Source of the DNA: a virus
Length of the DNA stretch: 64,000 nucleotides
Reading direction: 5' to 3' (one strand)
Virus record (IMG/VR): IMGVR_UViG_3300035703_000062
Span: 10,338 to 74,337 of that record
How positions within the stretch are numbered: the first letter of the stretch is position 1; the number at the start of each line of letters is the position of its first letter. Made by a program: the position numbers and the translations under genes. Of the stretch, positions 53,185 through 62,172 are shown one piece after another. Below the pieces are notes generated by a model. The model did no database searches, had not been told where the DNA came from, and was given only the letters and a program-made list of their open reading frames with translations.

Positions 53185-54090
53185 CTACTTTTTTGCCTCC
53201 GCGAAAGCCTTGACTGCCTCCACAGCGCCCTGTGCATTCACGGCAGCTTCGCGAATGGCATCGAGTTCTTTGGTCATGGCAGCCTTGGTAATCTTGATGC
53301 CGCTGTCCTTTGTCCACGATGAAACAAGGGTGGTGATCACATTGCCAAAATCACCAATGGTTTTGACATTGGCGCCAGTGGTGAGGCCAACAGTGTCAAG
53401 GGCATTCTTCACTGCCACTTGACAAGCCCTCACGTCAGCAAGGCCAAGAGGGTTGGCATTGCAGAATTCAACGAGGGCTTCTTTGCCATCAAAAGTGCCA
53501 CCAGTAGTCTCCGGTGCAGCCTGACTGACCGCAGGTGCAGGCTTCGGAGATTCCTGCTGCAACGGCAGCTTTGGGCTGCCTTTCTGGTCTTCATCCTTGG
53601 GAATGTCTTCGCCTGCATAAAGACGAAGGCCAAGGCCGGTGAAGGTGGCGATGCACTTAACTGCAGCACGCTGGCAGTTGTCGCTGATTGCACGGCCATC
53701 TAGTTCTTTGATGGCATTGTGCTTCCTGTCCATCACAGGAAAGATGAGCGCAACTGTACGCCTTACACCATCGGTAAGATAAGGACGAAGATAGTAATAA
53801 CCAGGGCCACCAAAGACCACTTCACCAACAGTCTTTTCCTCAAACGCGACGAAGAGCGTAGGAAAGTGCTCCTTGAGGTAGCGATATGCAAATGGCCACG
53901 AGAGATAGGAGAGGCCTTTGTAGTCCTTCTCAATGTGTGGACCAATGTCAGGCGTGTCATAGGCAGCCTTAAAAGCTTCAGCAGTAATTTCAAGAGGAGA
54001 AAAGATGCCGTTGTAACGGTCCATCATTGCTTGCTGTGCAGGGTCAGTAGACATGATCGAAGGATCGTAAAGAGTGAAGGAGTGCTTCAT
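53185..54090 (-). CDS. Sak3/DUF1071-like single-strand annealing protein
   Basis: LSYLSW..A, PVMD...AI, I....QR..VK.IA..GLGL.LYAGEDIP. Confidence 0.88.
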   Translation of the reverse strand: MKHSFTLYDPSIMSTDPAQQAMMDRYNGIFSPLEITAEAFKAAYDTPDIGPHIEKDYKGLSYLSWPFAYRYLKEHFPTLFVAFEEKTVGEVVFGGPGYYYLRPYLTDGVRRTVALIFPVMDRKHNAIKELDGRAISDNCQRAAVKCIATFTGLGLRLYAGEDIPKDEDQKGSPKLPLQQESPKPAPAVSQAAPETTGGTFDGKEALVEFCNANPLGLADVRACQVAVKNALDTVGLTTGANVKTIGDFGNVITTLVSSWTKDSGIKITKAAMTKELDAIREAAVNAQGAVEAVKAFAEAKK

Positions 54091-54368
54091 AGACGGCTAA
54101 GGAGTCCACTGGCGTAGCGTTTCTTGGTCTCTTCGTTTGAGTCGTAGAAGATGACGAGATACTTGCCAGGAGCTTCGGCATTGCCAGTGATGATGCTTTC
54201 ACCAGGAAGTGGCCAATCATTCACTGCGCGAATGTCGGAAATCACTTCGTGAGTGTGATCGTCATAGCAATCGTCGTAGACAACGCTCTCGCAGTACAAA
54301 CGAAGATCGCAATCTTCGTTGAATTTGAGATAGTCGTCGAGATGTTTTAGGAGTTCAGATGCTTTCAT
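54087..54368 (-). CDS. Hypothetical protein
   Basis: ATGA-coupled ORF. Confidence 0.6.
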   Translation of the reverse strand: MKASELLKHLDDYLKFNEDCDLRLYCESVVYDDCYDDHTHEVISDIRAVNDWPLPGESIITGNAEAPGKYLVIFYDSNEETKKRYASGLLSRL

Positions 54369-54603
54369 CGGGAAAAATGGAATCAGGATTTACTGATTCT
54401 TGAGTGTGATCGAAGCACTCTTCCCATGCATGATCTGCAAGGACAGCGCTTCCTTCCCATATGGGAGTGGAGCGAATGAGACGCTCCAGTGTTTCGCTGT
54501 TGCTTTTTCTTGCTTCGTGGGCGATTTCTCCCAGGTGAGAAAAAGCGGTGTCAGTGAGACAGACATTGCGACGACGCTTGGGTTCACCATGAACATTTGC
54601 CAT
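54355..54603 (-). CDS. Ribbon-helix-helix DNA-binding protein
   Basis: KRRRNVCLTDTAF..L..IA.....S.SE.LERLIR. Confidence 0.7.
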   Translation of the reverse strand: MANVHGEPKRRRNVCLTDTAFSHLGEIAHEARKSNSETLERLIRSTPIWEGSAVLADHAWEECFDHTQESVNPDSIFPDESI

Positions 54604-54839
54604 GACTAGAAATACCGAGTGATGACAAAGCCGAAGCAGAATGCTGCAACGAAGATGAGGAGGGTTTCCATCGGGGGTGGCAACTCGACACACCTTACAC
54701 ACCTTTTTCTGGGGTGCCAACCCCCAATCCTTAAGAGACTATTGAGACTGCTCTTAATGCTTAAGGGAACATTAAAACCCAAGGACGGGGTGGCAGGGGC
54801 CGTTTTTCTTGCTACAACAGCCCCATCTCCAAATCCCCC

Positions 54840-56846
54840 ATGGCGTTTGACATCCTTGACCACGTAGGCAAGCTGGAGCCCGCGAAGGAAGCTGGCAAAT
54901 ATATATGTCCTGCATGCCAAGGCACTAATTTCAGTTTCAACAAGGCTGACGGTTCGTACAATTGCTGGAACGATCCATCAGCCAAACATCGCGCTGAAAT
55001 TCGTCAAATACTGGCGCCCATGGACCGCTGGGAACGGCCCGCTCGTCAAGACGGTCGCTATATCTTCCCTTACGAGAACCGCGATGGCAACAGGGTTCTT
55101 GAGGTGGTGCGCAGTGATAGCAATGGCAAAAAGCAAATCTTTCAGGAATATCCAGGCGTGTCTAGTGACACGCCGCAGCGCAAGAAGGTTATTGACTCTC
55201 TGCGCAGTGAAATCCTCCCCTATCGTTATAAAGAAGCCGTAGAAGCATCGAAGGTCACACAACATCCAATCTTTGTTGTTGAAGGTGAACTTTGCTGCGA
55301 TAAGTTGTGGGAGATTGGTTTACCATCCGTCACATTCCTCGGCGGTAGCAAACAATACCGTTCCAACGGGGACTATTCCAAGCTCTTCCGCAACCAGCGT
55401 CTCGTCCTGTGTCCAGATCGAGATGAGCCAGGCGTGGCACTTATGCGGGAGGTTGCAGCAGATAATCCCGGAGCGCAGTGGCTTTATGCAGATCCTGAAT
55501 CATTTGAGTGGGAGACGCTGCCGCAGAACAACGGCTATGACCTGGCCGACTGGATCGACGAGGGCGCGTCCCAAGACTTAATAATTAATTCCATTGTTTC
55601 CAAGGATCGTCACGAGGGACAGGATGGCCTGCCCTCCTACGAGGAGATCATTGGAGCCCTGGAGACCATGGTTGGCCTCTATGGCAACGATGCTCGCGTG
55701 CTGTTTGAAGCTCGCCAGTGGATGACGAACCACGGCCTCAAGATTGCCACTACCGAGCTGGACAAGCTCATCTCCGAAGCCAAAACCAGAGTCGATGGGA
55801 AAGAGGAGATCGAGGTTTTGGACGCCAAGGCCATCGCCCTGTCCAATGACGTGAGGCGCTGGACCATTGCCGGCATCCTTCCCGAAAGCAGCGTGATGCT
55901 TCTGGCCGCTGCTCCCGGCAGCGGCAAATCTACGTTGGTTTACAACTGGGCGATGAACATCGCCCTTGGCTCAGCCTGGAGCGGAAGGCGCTGCCTGCAG
56001 GGTAAGAGCCTGATCATCCAATGTGATGAGCCAGTGGTGGATGCAGCAGAGAAGATGCAGGTGATCGGCTATGACCGCCCCGATCTCCCCGAGGATGCCA
56101 TTGGCTTCGTTGAGCGCTGGCGTTTCTCCAACATTGGTTGGCTGGCGGATCGCATCAAGCGTGAGCGCCCTCGTTTCGTTGCCATTGACAGCCTCACCGC
56201 CTGCCTGGCTGGCATGGAAGTCGATCTGATCAAGAGCGATGCCGGCAACGTCATCTACGAACTGCGAGACATTGCCAACACCTATGGCTGCTCCATCGTC
56301 ATCCTTCACCACTTGAACAAAACTGGCGGCATCCGCGATAGCTCCAGTTTTGAAGCCAACGTCTCAGAAGTGGTGAAGCTCTACCGCCCTGAGAACAACC
56401 CCACTCCCAATGAATTCTTGTTGGAGTGGACAAAAAGCCGCTCTGGCCTGAGCGGCAAGCACTTCCTCATCCGAGAGCCTGACACCTATGGCTGGTTCTA
56501 CAAAGGGCCAGTGGATGGTGATCCTGAGGGCCTGATGCGCACGGTGAATATTGTGAATAATCGTGGCAATGAACGATTCAGTCCTGCTCAGATCAACATG
56601 ATGCTTGGCCTTAGCAGCACTGGATCGGCGCGTCGCCTGCTGGAGCAGGCTCGCCGCCAAGGCTTGCTCGATTCTTCCTGGCAGCTTGGCCCTACTGGTG
56701 AGCGTGATCGTCTCTACCAGAGCTGGAACTACCAGGAGCAAGAGCCCGAGGATGTTCCTCCTAATGATCTTCTAATTTCCGCCAAAGTAGAAGATGAGCA
56801 GGAGGAGGCCGCCCCTGATGGGGCGGACGACGACATTTGGTTCTAA
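54840..56846 (+). CDS. Primase-helicase (Zn finger, TOPRIM, RepA/AAA_25 helicase, C-terminal wHTH)
   Basis: CPAC, FVVEGE, CPDRDEPG, Walker A AAPGSGKS, VAIDSL, ILHHLNK, KSR; acidic tail DDDIWF. Confidence 0.92.
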   Translation: MAFDILDHVGKLEPAKEAGKYICPACQGTNFSFNKADGSYNCWNDPSAKHRAEIRQILAPMDRWERPARQDGRYIFPYENRDGNRVLEVVRSDSNGKKQIFQEYPGVSSDTPQRKKVIDSLRSEILPYRYKEAVEASKVTQHPIFVVEGELCCDKLWEIGLPSVTFLGGSKQYRSNGDYSKLFRNQRLVLCPDRDEPGVALMREVAADNPGAQWLYADPESFEWETLPQNNGYDLADWIDEGASQDLIINSIVSKDRHEGQDGLPSYEEIIGALETMVGLYGNDARVLFEARQWMTNHGLKIATTELDKLISEAKTRVDGKEEIEVLDAKAIALSNDVRRWTIAGILPESSVMLLAAAPGSGKSTLVYNWAMNIALGSAWSGRRCLQGKSLIIQCDEPVVDAAEKMQVIGYDRPDLPEDAIGFVERWRFSNIGWLADRIKRERPRFVAIDSLTACLAGMEVDLIKSDAGNVIYELRDIANTYGCSIVILHHLNKTGGIRDSSSFEANVSEVVKLYRPENNPTPNEFLLEWTKSRSGLSGKHFLIREPDTYGWFYKGPVDGDPEGLMRTVNIVNNRGNERFSPAQINMMLGLSSTGSARRLLEQARRQGLLDSSWQLGPTGERDRLYQSWNYQEQEPEDVPPNDLLISAKVEDEQEEAAPDGADDDIWF

Positions 56847-56885
56847 CTAGCGCAAAGAGAGGGAGACTTCAAAAGGCGTCTCCCC

Positions 56886-56916
56886 GCCCGCCCGACGCTA
56901 CGAGGCGGGCTTTTTT
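56886..56916 (+). terminator. Terminator after primase-helicase
   Basis: GCCCGCC/GGCGGGC + T6; preceded by a second hairpin GGGAGAC/GTCTCCC. Confidence 0.8.
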
Positions 56917-56922
56917 AATGCT

Positions 56923-56964
56923 ACTCAATGTGGGGGTGGTATCACTCAATGTGTGAGTGGTATC
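56923..56964. repeat. Two tandem 21-bp repeats next to an AT-rich tract
   Basis: ACTCAATGTGGGGGTGGTATC / ACTCAATGTGTGAGTGGTATC (19/21 identical); AT-rich 57002-57024. Confidence 0.8.
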
Positions 56965-57045
56965 GAGATTCTCAATAAACGGCTTTTATCGGGAATCCGC
57001 GTAATATAATAATTATTAAGTTAAGGGCTCGGCCCAGTATTTGCA

Positions 57046-57234
57046 ATGGTTTTCCAGAATCCTGGCCTCGAAGCACTGCATCAATACATCACTGGTGAGC
57101 AAAAATCCGCTGCTCCCATTGAACAAAACGTGACTGCCGAAGCTGAGAAGAAGGCGGAAATCGAGGAAATCACCAAGGAAGTGCAGGAGGACGCTCGCAT
57201 CGAGCGCCCGGTTTGGAAGGGGTTTGGACAATAA
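57046..57234 (+). CDS. Hypothetical protein ending in KGFG
   Basis: ORF followed by hairpin GCGGCC/GGCCGC. Confidence 0.6.
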   Translation: MVFQNPGLEALHQYITGEQKSAAPIEQNVTAEAEKKAEIEEITKEVQEDARIERPVWKGFGQ

Positions 57235-57258
57235 AAAGCGGCCCTTAGGCCGCCTTCA

Positions 57259-57423
57259 TCATTGCAGTTTGCGCTTTCCGTTAAAGGCTTGCTGTTCCTT
57301 GCGCCTTTGGAATTCCCGTTCTTCGCGCCCTTTCCCATAAAGCCATGAATTTGTACTTTGTCCTGGCTTGGGACCGTTTCGAGGAAGTTTGACTACCTTG
57401 AACTCCTTGAAGTCTTCGTTCAT
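57259..57423 (-). CDS. Small hypothetical protein (54 aa)
   Basis: MNEDFKEFKVVKLPRNGPKPGQSTNSWLYGK..; converges on the hairpin at 57238-57253. Confidence 0.5.
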   Translation of the reverse strand: MNEDFKEFKVVKLPRNGPKPGQSTNSWLYGKGREEREFQRRKEQQAFNGKRKLQ

Positions 57424-57872
57424 AATTTAAACTGCGGCAAAGAGGACAATGAAGCTGTGGGATGAGGCGATAGTCGCTGTATTGGTGATGGGTGAGCCAC
57501 TCTGTGATAGCAGCCTGATCGTTTTCGCCTGACGTGAACCAAACACCGGGCTGGTCCTTGCCTAAATCATCCATTGGGAGATTTCGGTGCCCTGTAAGCA
57601 TGCCGCAGTCTCAAGGCAAAATCCCAACGCCTTGTGCCAGGCATAAAAGCTGCATGAATCCTCTTGATTTTGCCTCCAACTCCCTTTACCCTCACCACTG
57701 GATAAGTCAGTGCCTTTCGCTAGCCAGCCTCCGTAAGCGCAGGCAGCTTATCGGCATTGCCCTCCAGCACCAGCGACGCCCCCAAAGGGCGGAGCGGAAT
57801 CCAGCTCCTGGGCAAAAGAAACCTTCAATAACCAAAACGGTTTCTATCATCGCGAAGGAAAAACACTTCGTA

Positions 57873-58121
57873 ATGATCCACCCTCCTCAGCCTGTCGAGC
57901 AACTCCCCTCGCTGGAGCACAACGGCGTTGAAATTGTCTGCCGTATTCATCACGGCTTCTCAACTCCAGAACGTGGTCCGCAGCCTCAAGCTCGCTATCT
58001 ATATGGTGCCGTGAGCCCCGAAGGCGAACGGCATTGGCGGCGGAGTTTGAACGACATTCAAGCTTTGATCGACGCTGGGTTTAAGCTGAATGCTGCCGCA
58101 GCAGCGAAAAGTGACGCATGA
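57873..58121 (+). CDS. Hypothetical protein
   Basis: Internal ATG with AAGGA upstream. Confidence 0.55.
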   Translation: MIHPPQPVEQLPSLEHNGVEIVCRIHHGFSTPERGPQPQARYLYGAVSPEGERHWRRSLNDIQALIDAGFKLNAAAAAKSDA

Positions 58122-58302
58122 TCGTCCGCTGTCTGATTCCGAATGGAATGAGATGGATGCCCTAAGGAGGGCCATTAAAGATGGCCCTCCGTCTGTAGCC
58201 TTCCACAAAATGGAACGCTTCTCAGAGTTGTTTGTAAGAACTCTGCCATACGAAGGCGATACAATTCCGGCAGCGTTGAAACCACCTGATGGCACAGCCT
58301 GA
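58111..58302 (+). CDS. Hypothetical protein
   Basis: L...EW.EM.ALR.AI...P.SV...MERF.ELF pattern. Confidence 0.55.
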   Translation: MTHDRPLSDSEWNEMDALRRAIKDGPPSVAFHKMERFSELFVRTLPYEGDTIPAALKPPDGTA

Positions 58303-58993
58303 AATTATCTTCAAGGACAAAGAAGAATGCACTCGGTATGCATTGAAAATTCTCACCGATGCAGGATTGTCCCCTGAAGAAATTGAGCGCGTAAGAGCCA
58401 AAAATAAGCCTGGCGTCAACATGGCAAAAGACCTTGTTGGCCTCAGGCGTCACATGGTGCAGGAGCTGTTGGCTGCCAACATGAGCAACCGACAGATTGC
58501 TGATGCATTGCAAATTGGCAAGGACACCGTAAATGCTGACCGGCACTACGCTCGTCAGCTCTATACGGAAAAGCTTCTCGCTTCCGCAGACGTGCATCGA
58601 GCACGTCTGCTCAAGGAGCAAATTGATCTCAAGGAAAAGGCCATGGAAGCCTTTGAGACCAGTAAGAAGAAAAAGACCACCACCATTCAAGATGGTGACG
58701 ACGGCCGCGGCGGCACGCAAATCAAAGTGGAAGAGAGTGCTGGCGATGCATCGTTCCTCAATGTGGCCAAGAACGCTCTAGTGGAGCAGGCTCGGCTCCT
58801 GGGCCTGCACGAGCTGAAGCGCGAAGAGCAGCAGGACAAGACGTATCAACAATTTCTTAAGGATTTGACTGTCACCATCGATAAGGAAAAACAGCTAAAG
58901 GAGGCCGACGATCTACGTGCAAATGCCTTGCCAGTGCAGGCTGGAGACGTAGTGGACGCTACAACAGTGCTGCCATCTACAGAATCTCTTTAG
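58289..58993 (+). CDS. Putative terminase small subunit (HTH)
   Basis: RR..V.ELL...MS.RQIADAL.I...TV..D HTH; GD.SFL.......QARLLGL. Confidence 0.6.
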   Translation: MAQPEIIFKDKEECTRYALKILTDAGLSPEEIERVRAKNKPGVNMAKDLVGLRRHMVQELLAANMSNRQIADALQIGKDTVNADRHYARQLYTEKLLASADVHRARLLKEQIDLKEKAMEAFETSKKKKTTTIQDGDDGRGGTQIKVEESAGDASFLNVAKNALVEQARLLGLHELKREEQQDKTYQQFLKDLTVTIDKEKQLKEADDLRANALPVQAGDVVDATTVLPSTESL

Positions 58994-59002
58994 CCACAGC
59001 GG

Positions 59003-59031
59003 TTGACGAGCTTCGTTATGGTCGGCAAGAT
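59003..59031 (+). promoter_or_regulatory. Sigma70-like promoter
   Basis: TTGACG-17-CAAGAT. Confidence 0.5.
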
Positions 59032-59051
59032 ACAAGCGTTGCTCTTTCCCA

Positions 59052-59489
59052 TTGTCGTTCTCCTTCAACAGCGTCGATGACTTCCTGCGTAAAGCGCAGG
59101 AAGCCAAAAGCGAAAAACGCGAGGAAATGCACGAATGGGTGCAGGACTTCGTAAATGATCCTTCCATGGTGGGAGTGCCAGTGGAGATGTCTGAGGACAT
59201 CAACACCCTCATGGAAAAATACGGCGACGAATGCCTTCGTCAGATTGCCCTGTTCACATTGGGCAAATGGTACGGAGTGCATGTGGGCGTCGTTCAAGAA
59301 ATGGTGGCTACTGAAGACTTTGCTTCTGCCATAGCTGCGTCTATGGACGCAGCCAAGATCAACACCGCCGTTCAAACGCTGGAAAACGTGGGCAGCTTTG
59401 GTGGTGATGACGACTGGCGTCAGATGCTCAGCGACAGCATCGTTTCAGAGGTGGATGAACACAGGGCAAGGAATGGCGATGACAGTTGA
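59052..59489 (+). CDS. Hypothetical acidic protein
   Basis: ORF downstream of promoter. Confidence 0.6.
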   Translation: MSFSFNSVDDFLRKAQEAKSEKREEMHEWVQDFVNDPSMVGVPVEMSEDINTLMEKYGDECLRQIALFTLGKWYGVHVGVVQEMVATEDFASAIAASMDAAKINTAVQTLENVGSFGGDDDWRQMLSDSIVSEVDEHRARNGDDS

Positions 59490-59670
59490 AATGCCCAACG
59501 CCATGCGTACCTTCCTCATCACTACAAGCAGAGATGAGGCAATCACCATGTCAGCCACATGTGAATGGGAAGTAAGGAAGCTATTCGCTTCCACATTCCC
59601 TCGCAAGCGCATTTCTACGGTGCATGAATACCCGCAGGATGTGCTGAAAGTATCCGGCTCTTTTGAATGA
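59479..59670 (+). CDS. Hypothetical protein
   Basis: Overlapping operon ORF. Confidence 0.5.
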   Translation: MTVEMPNAMRTFLITTSRDEAITMSATCEWEVRKLFASTFPRKRISTVHEYPQDVLKVSGSFE

Positions 59671-59852
59671 CTCGTTTTCGTTTCCCATCGTTTCGCATTT
59701 CCATTTCCCATGCAGGAGGCATCATCCAAATTGGCCCAGCAACCATCGAATGGGCAAATACAGTCCCGCCAGGTACTCAACTCATGGGGGCGCCCTTCTT
59801 TGGGTGGACAACAGTCATTTTCCCAACTCATTATTGGTTCTTCGGAGACTGA
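59667..59852 (+). CDS. Hypothetical protein
   Basis: ATGA-coupled. Confidence 0.5.
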   Translation: MTRFRFPSFRISISHAGGIIQIGPATIEWANTVPPGTQLMGAPFFGWTTVIFPTHYWFFGD

Positions 59853-59859
59853 AACCATC

Positions 59860-60267
59860 GTGAGCCGGCGCAAGGCGTATATATGCGTGCCGCCTGCACT
59901 GGCTGAGGAGATTGCGGCCAAGGCATCAGACAGCCCACTAGCTCATCCCGTGTGGGCCAAAGGCGTTCAACGGAATCGTTATTTCGTGATCACGGCGGAA
60001 TGCCTGGAAGACCTCACCGAGATTGCAGACTTTGCTCGCGTGGAGCTGGAGGAGCCGGAAGTGCCCCTCACAAAAGTACGCCGGCATGCCTTCCAGGCGC
60101 TCCTGGACCGCACCCATCGTTATGCAGTGCTGGAGCCGCTAGGCGATTGCCATTGCATGGCCACTGCATGGCGTGATCAGCCCCTGCGCAGCAGCAAGGC
60201 ATCGTCTCGTGTGGTGAAGGAGCTGCGTGAAATGAAAGTACGCAAAGGCTTGACACCCTGGTTCTGA
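59860..60267 (+). CDS. Hypothetical protein
   Basis: GTG start after previous stop. Confidence 0.55.
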   Translation: MSRRKAYICVPPALAEEIAAKASDSPLAHPVWAKGVQRNRYFVITAECLEDLTEIADFARVELEEPEVPLTKVRRHAFQALLDRTHRYAVLEPLGDCHCMATAWRDQPLRSSKASSRVVKELREMKVRKGLTPWF

Positions 60268-60278
60268 GTCGGCACAAT
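60250..60278 (+). promoter_or_regulatory. Sigma70-like promoter
   Basis: TTGACA-17-CACAAT. Confidence 0.65.
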
Positions 60279-60319
60279 GCCGGCACGAGGCGCGAGCCTC
60301 ACCGTTTGCTTCTGGAACC

Positions 60320-60712
60320 ATGCATCGCATTTTGTCCGTCTCCGGCCACGCCAGTGAGCGTGGCCTTTCCGTGTTCGTCAAGAACATCCTTGGCAACACA
60401 GTGCCCGTCATGTTTGCTGACGAGCCTGTGGCTGAGGGCGTGTTCCGCATCAGCGAGCTACTGTCAGCCTGTCAGGCTCTAGAAACAGCGCTATGCATCA
60501 TGGAAGGCGAACGCTCAAACGTTCGCCCATACCCTGAGCTGGAAACTGCCATTAACGAACTGAACAGCCTGCAGATTCGCTTGGACAACATGGTGCGGCA
60601 AACTGCTGCCGTGCATGCTGAAGTGGTGGAGCACATGGCTCAGGACAAGCCTGAGATGATGCAGCACTACCTTTCAGCCTTCACCAAGGCAGTTGGCCAA
60701 GGAGAGGTGTGA
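60320..60712 (+). CDS. Hypothetical protein
   Basis: ORF downstream of promoter. Confidence 0.65.
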   Translation: MHRILSVSGHASERGLSVFVKNILGNTVPVMFADEPVAEGVFRISELLSACQALETALCIMEGERSNVRPYPELETAINELNSLQIRLDNMVRQTAAVHAEVVEHMAQDKPEMMQHYLSAFTKAVGQGEV

Positions 60713-60714
60713 CA

Positions 60715-60882
60715 ATGGAAGGAATGTCACAGCGTGAACTTATGCAGTGGATGATGAAGCCTTCTGAATTCTTTGATGAGATGGCCTATCGAGCAAGGCG
60801 CCTAGAAAAGCGCCTTGCCAAGCTCAAACAGAAAGAAGAAGAGAAGATCTTGGAGCTTTATCGTCAGTCAGTTTCCATTTGA
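60715..60882 (+). CDS. Small hypothetical protein (55 aa)
   Basis: GGAGAGG upstream; hairpin GGCCCC/GGGGCC + T tract follows (60888-60912). Confidence 0.55.
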   Translation: MEGMSQRELMQWMMKPSEFFDEMAYRARRLEKRLAKLKQKEEEKILELYRQSVSI

Positions 60883-61028
60883 TTATTGGCCCCATCAGGG
60901 GCCTTTTCTTTTGCCCATGTGTGATCACCGGGAATGGGCTCGGTTCCATAGGCCCAGTCGTCATAGTGCTCACCATTGCGCAACCACCTGGCCAGGCGTT
61001 CACGCTCTTGCTCTGGGGACAGCTTCAT
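60864..61028 (-). CDS. Small hypothetical protein (54 aa, DW.YGTEPIPGD motif)
   Basis: MKLSPEQERERLARWLRNGEHYDDWAYGTEPIPGDHTW.. Confidence 0.55.
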   Translation of the reverse strand: MKLSPEQERERLARWLRNGEHYDDWAYGTEPIPGDHTWAKEKAPDGANNQMETD

Positions 61029-61075
61029 CGGGGTCCGGCTTCGCTCGTATAGAGACTAGCTAGGTCCGTATAAGC

Positions 61076-61108
61076 AAAAGAAAAGGAGGGCTTTCGCCCT
61101 CCCTTTCT
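61076..61108 (-). terminator. Strong terminator
   Basis: Minus strand GGAGGGC-GAAA-GCCCTCC-TTTTCTTTT. Confidence 0.85.
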
Positions 61109-61110
61109 CT

Positions 61111-61292
61111 GTGGCTTCCGATAAGCGATTTAGCAGGAGATGAACTCGACCGCAGGTACAGTGCGCTCCTGAGGCTCATGCGTGCCTTGGCTTGGTCGCA
61201 ACGACCGCGCCCACACTGTCACGCCCGTCCACCCTTACGGCCCGCTGCTAGGGAACAACGAGGAGAGCCGTTAAGCCCTCAGGACCAACCAC
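61111..61292 (-). ncRNA. Unassigned pseudoknotted ncRNA (about 180 nt plus terminator)
   Basis: Extended -10 TGC-TACTAT (61307-61299), closing stem GUGGUU/AGCCAC, several nested stems with G-U pairs, 8-bp pseudoknot, terminator. Confidence 0.7.
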
Positions 61293-61443
61293 TCCGAAAT
61301 AGTAGCACCTGCCACTCCGAGCGCTCCCAGGAATCCTGTAGCAAATGTGAAGAACCCGGCAGCGGAGCCTGCAGATGGGACACAATGGTGGGACTGCGAC
61401 TGGGCGACTGGCGCAAGCTCCTGGACTTACCCCCCTCTTCTTG

Positions 61444-61800
61444 ATGCTTCGTTTCCTTTCTTCTGTCCTGCTGCTCAGTGCCATTGCCCCTCAGGCACAA
61501 GCAGCAGCGTTTCAATGCGGCCAGGCAAGCCATTACGGCATCGGTGATGGCTACCACGGCCAGCGCACTGCAAGCGGCCAGCGCTTTGATGCCTACGCCA
61601 TGACTGCCGCCCATCCATCGCTGCCACTGGGTTCCCGCGTCCGCGTAAAGAATCGTGACAATGGGAAAACCGTGCTTGTGACCATCAATGACCGTGGCCC
61701 TTACGCTGGTGGCCGCGTGCTTGATCTGTCCTACGGCAGCTTCTCGCGCATTGCTTCGCCCGGTCAGGGCGTAGCCAACGTCTGCATCTCCCGAGCCTGA
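61444..61800 (+). CDS. rlpA: RlpA-like lytic transglycosylase (DPBB) with signal peptide
   Basis: GQASHYG, HGQRTASG.RFD...TAAH.SLP.G, V.INDRGPY..GR.LDLS. Confidence 0.93.
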   Translation: MLRFLSSVLLLSAIAPQAQAAAFQCGQASHYGIGDGYHGQRTASGQRFDAYAMTAAHPSLPLGSRVRVKNRDNGKTVLVTINDRGPYAGGRVLDLSYGSFSRIASPGQGVANVCISRA

Positions 61801-61823
61801 TTAGCTCACCCCCTCCTGGAACC

Positions 61824-62006
61824 ATGCTTGACCGTCTTGCTTCTCTGAGCCTGCTGCTCACCGTCTTTGGCCTAGGTGCCTTTGCCGTGTTTGCAGCTCC
61901 ACAAGTGCAGCCAAACCATCAAGGTTTCGCAAAGTGCCAAAAGCTCCATCCTGAACGGTATTGTCGCATTGCCAACGGCTTTCCCGTGGAGCCGCTTAAG
62001 CCGTGA
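61824..62006 (+). CDS. Small membrane/secreted protein
   Basis: Hydrophobic N-terminus, C.KLHPERYCR. Confidence 0.6.
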   Translation: MLDRLASLSLLLTVFGLGAFAVFAAPQVQPNHQGFAKCQKLHPERYCRIANGFPVEPLKP

Positions 62007-62032
62007 TAGCTTGCTCGCGGAATGTTCTGCAG

Positions 62033-62070
62033 AGCCCGTGCTTGACACGGGCTTTTTTATGCCCTATAGT
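62033..62070 (+). promoter_or_regulatory. Terminator hairpin overlapping a near-consensus sigma70 promoter
   Basis: AGCCCGTG/CACGGGCT + T tract; TTGACA (62042-47)-17-TATAGT (62065-70). Confidence 0.8.
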
Positions 62071-62172
62071 CTTGGGCACAGGCGATTCATTCAGTCACGA
62101 CGTTCGCTCGTCGTTCACTCCTTCATCGCCTTACCATTTCGCCCGCGAGGGCATCCCCCCCCCTGGAACACC

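Noticed and set aside
57046-57234. Shared C-terminal KGFG motif with the GT4 protein
   Set aside because: Four residues only; not distinguishable from chance here
61111-61440. c-di-AMP (ydaO) riboswitch upstream of rlpA
   Set aside because: Consensus elements (GCUGAA, CCCGUCAGCUAAC) are absent and the structure is favoured on the opposite strand
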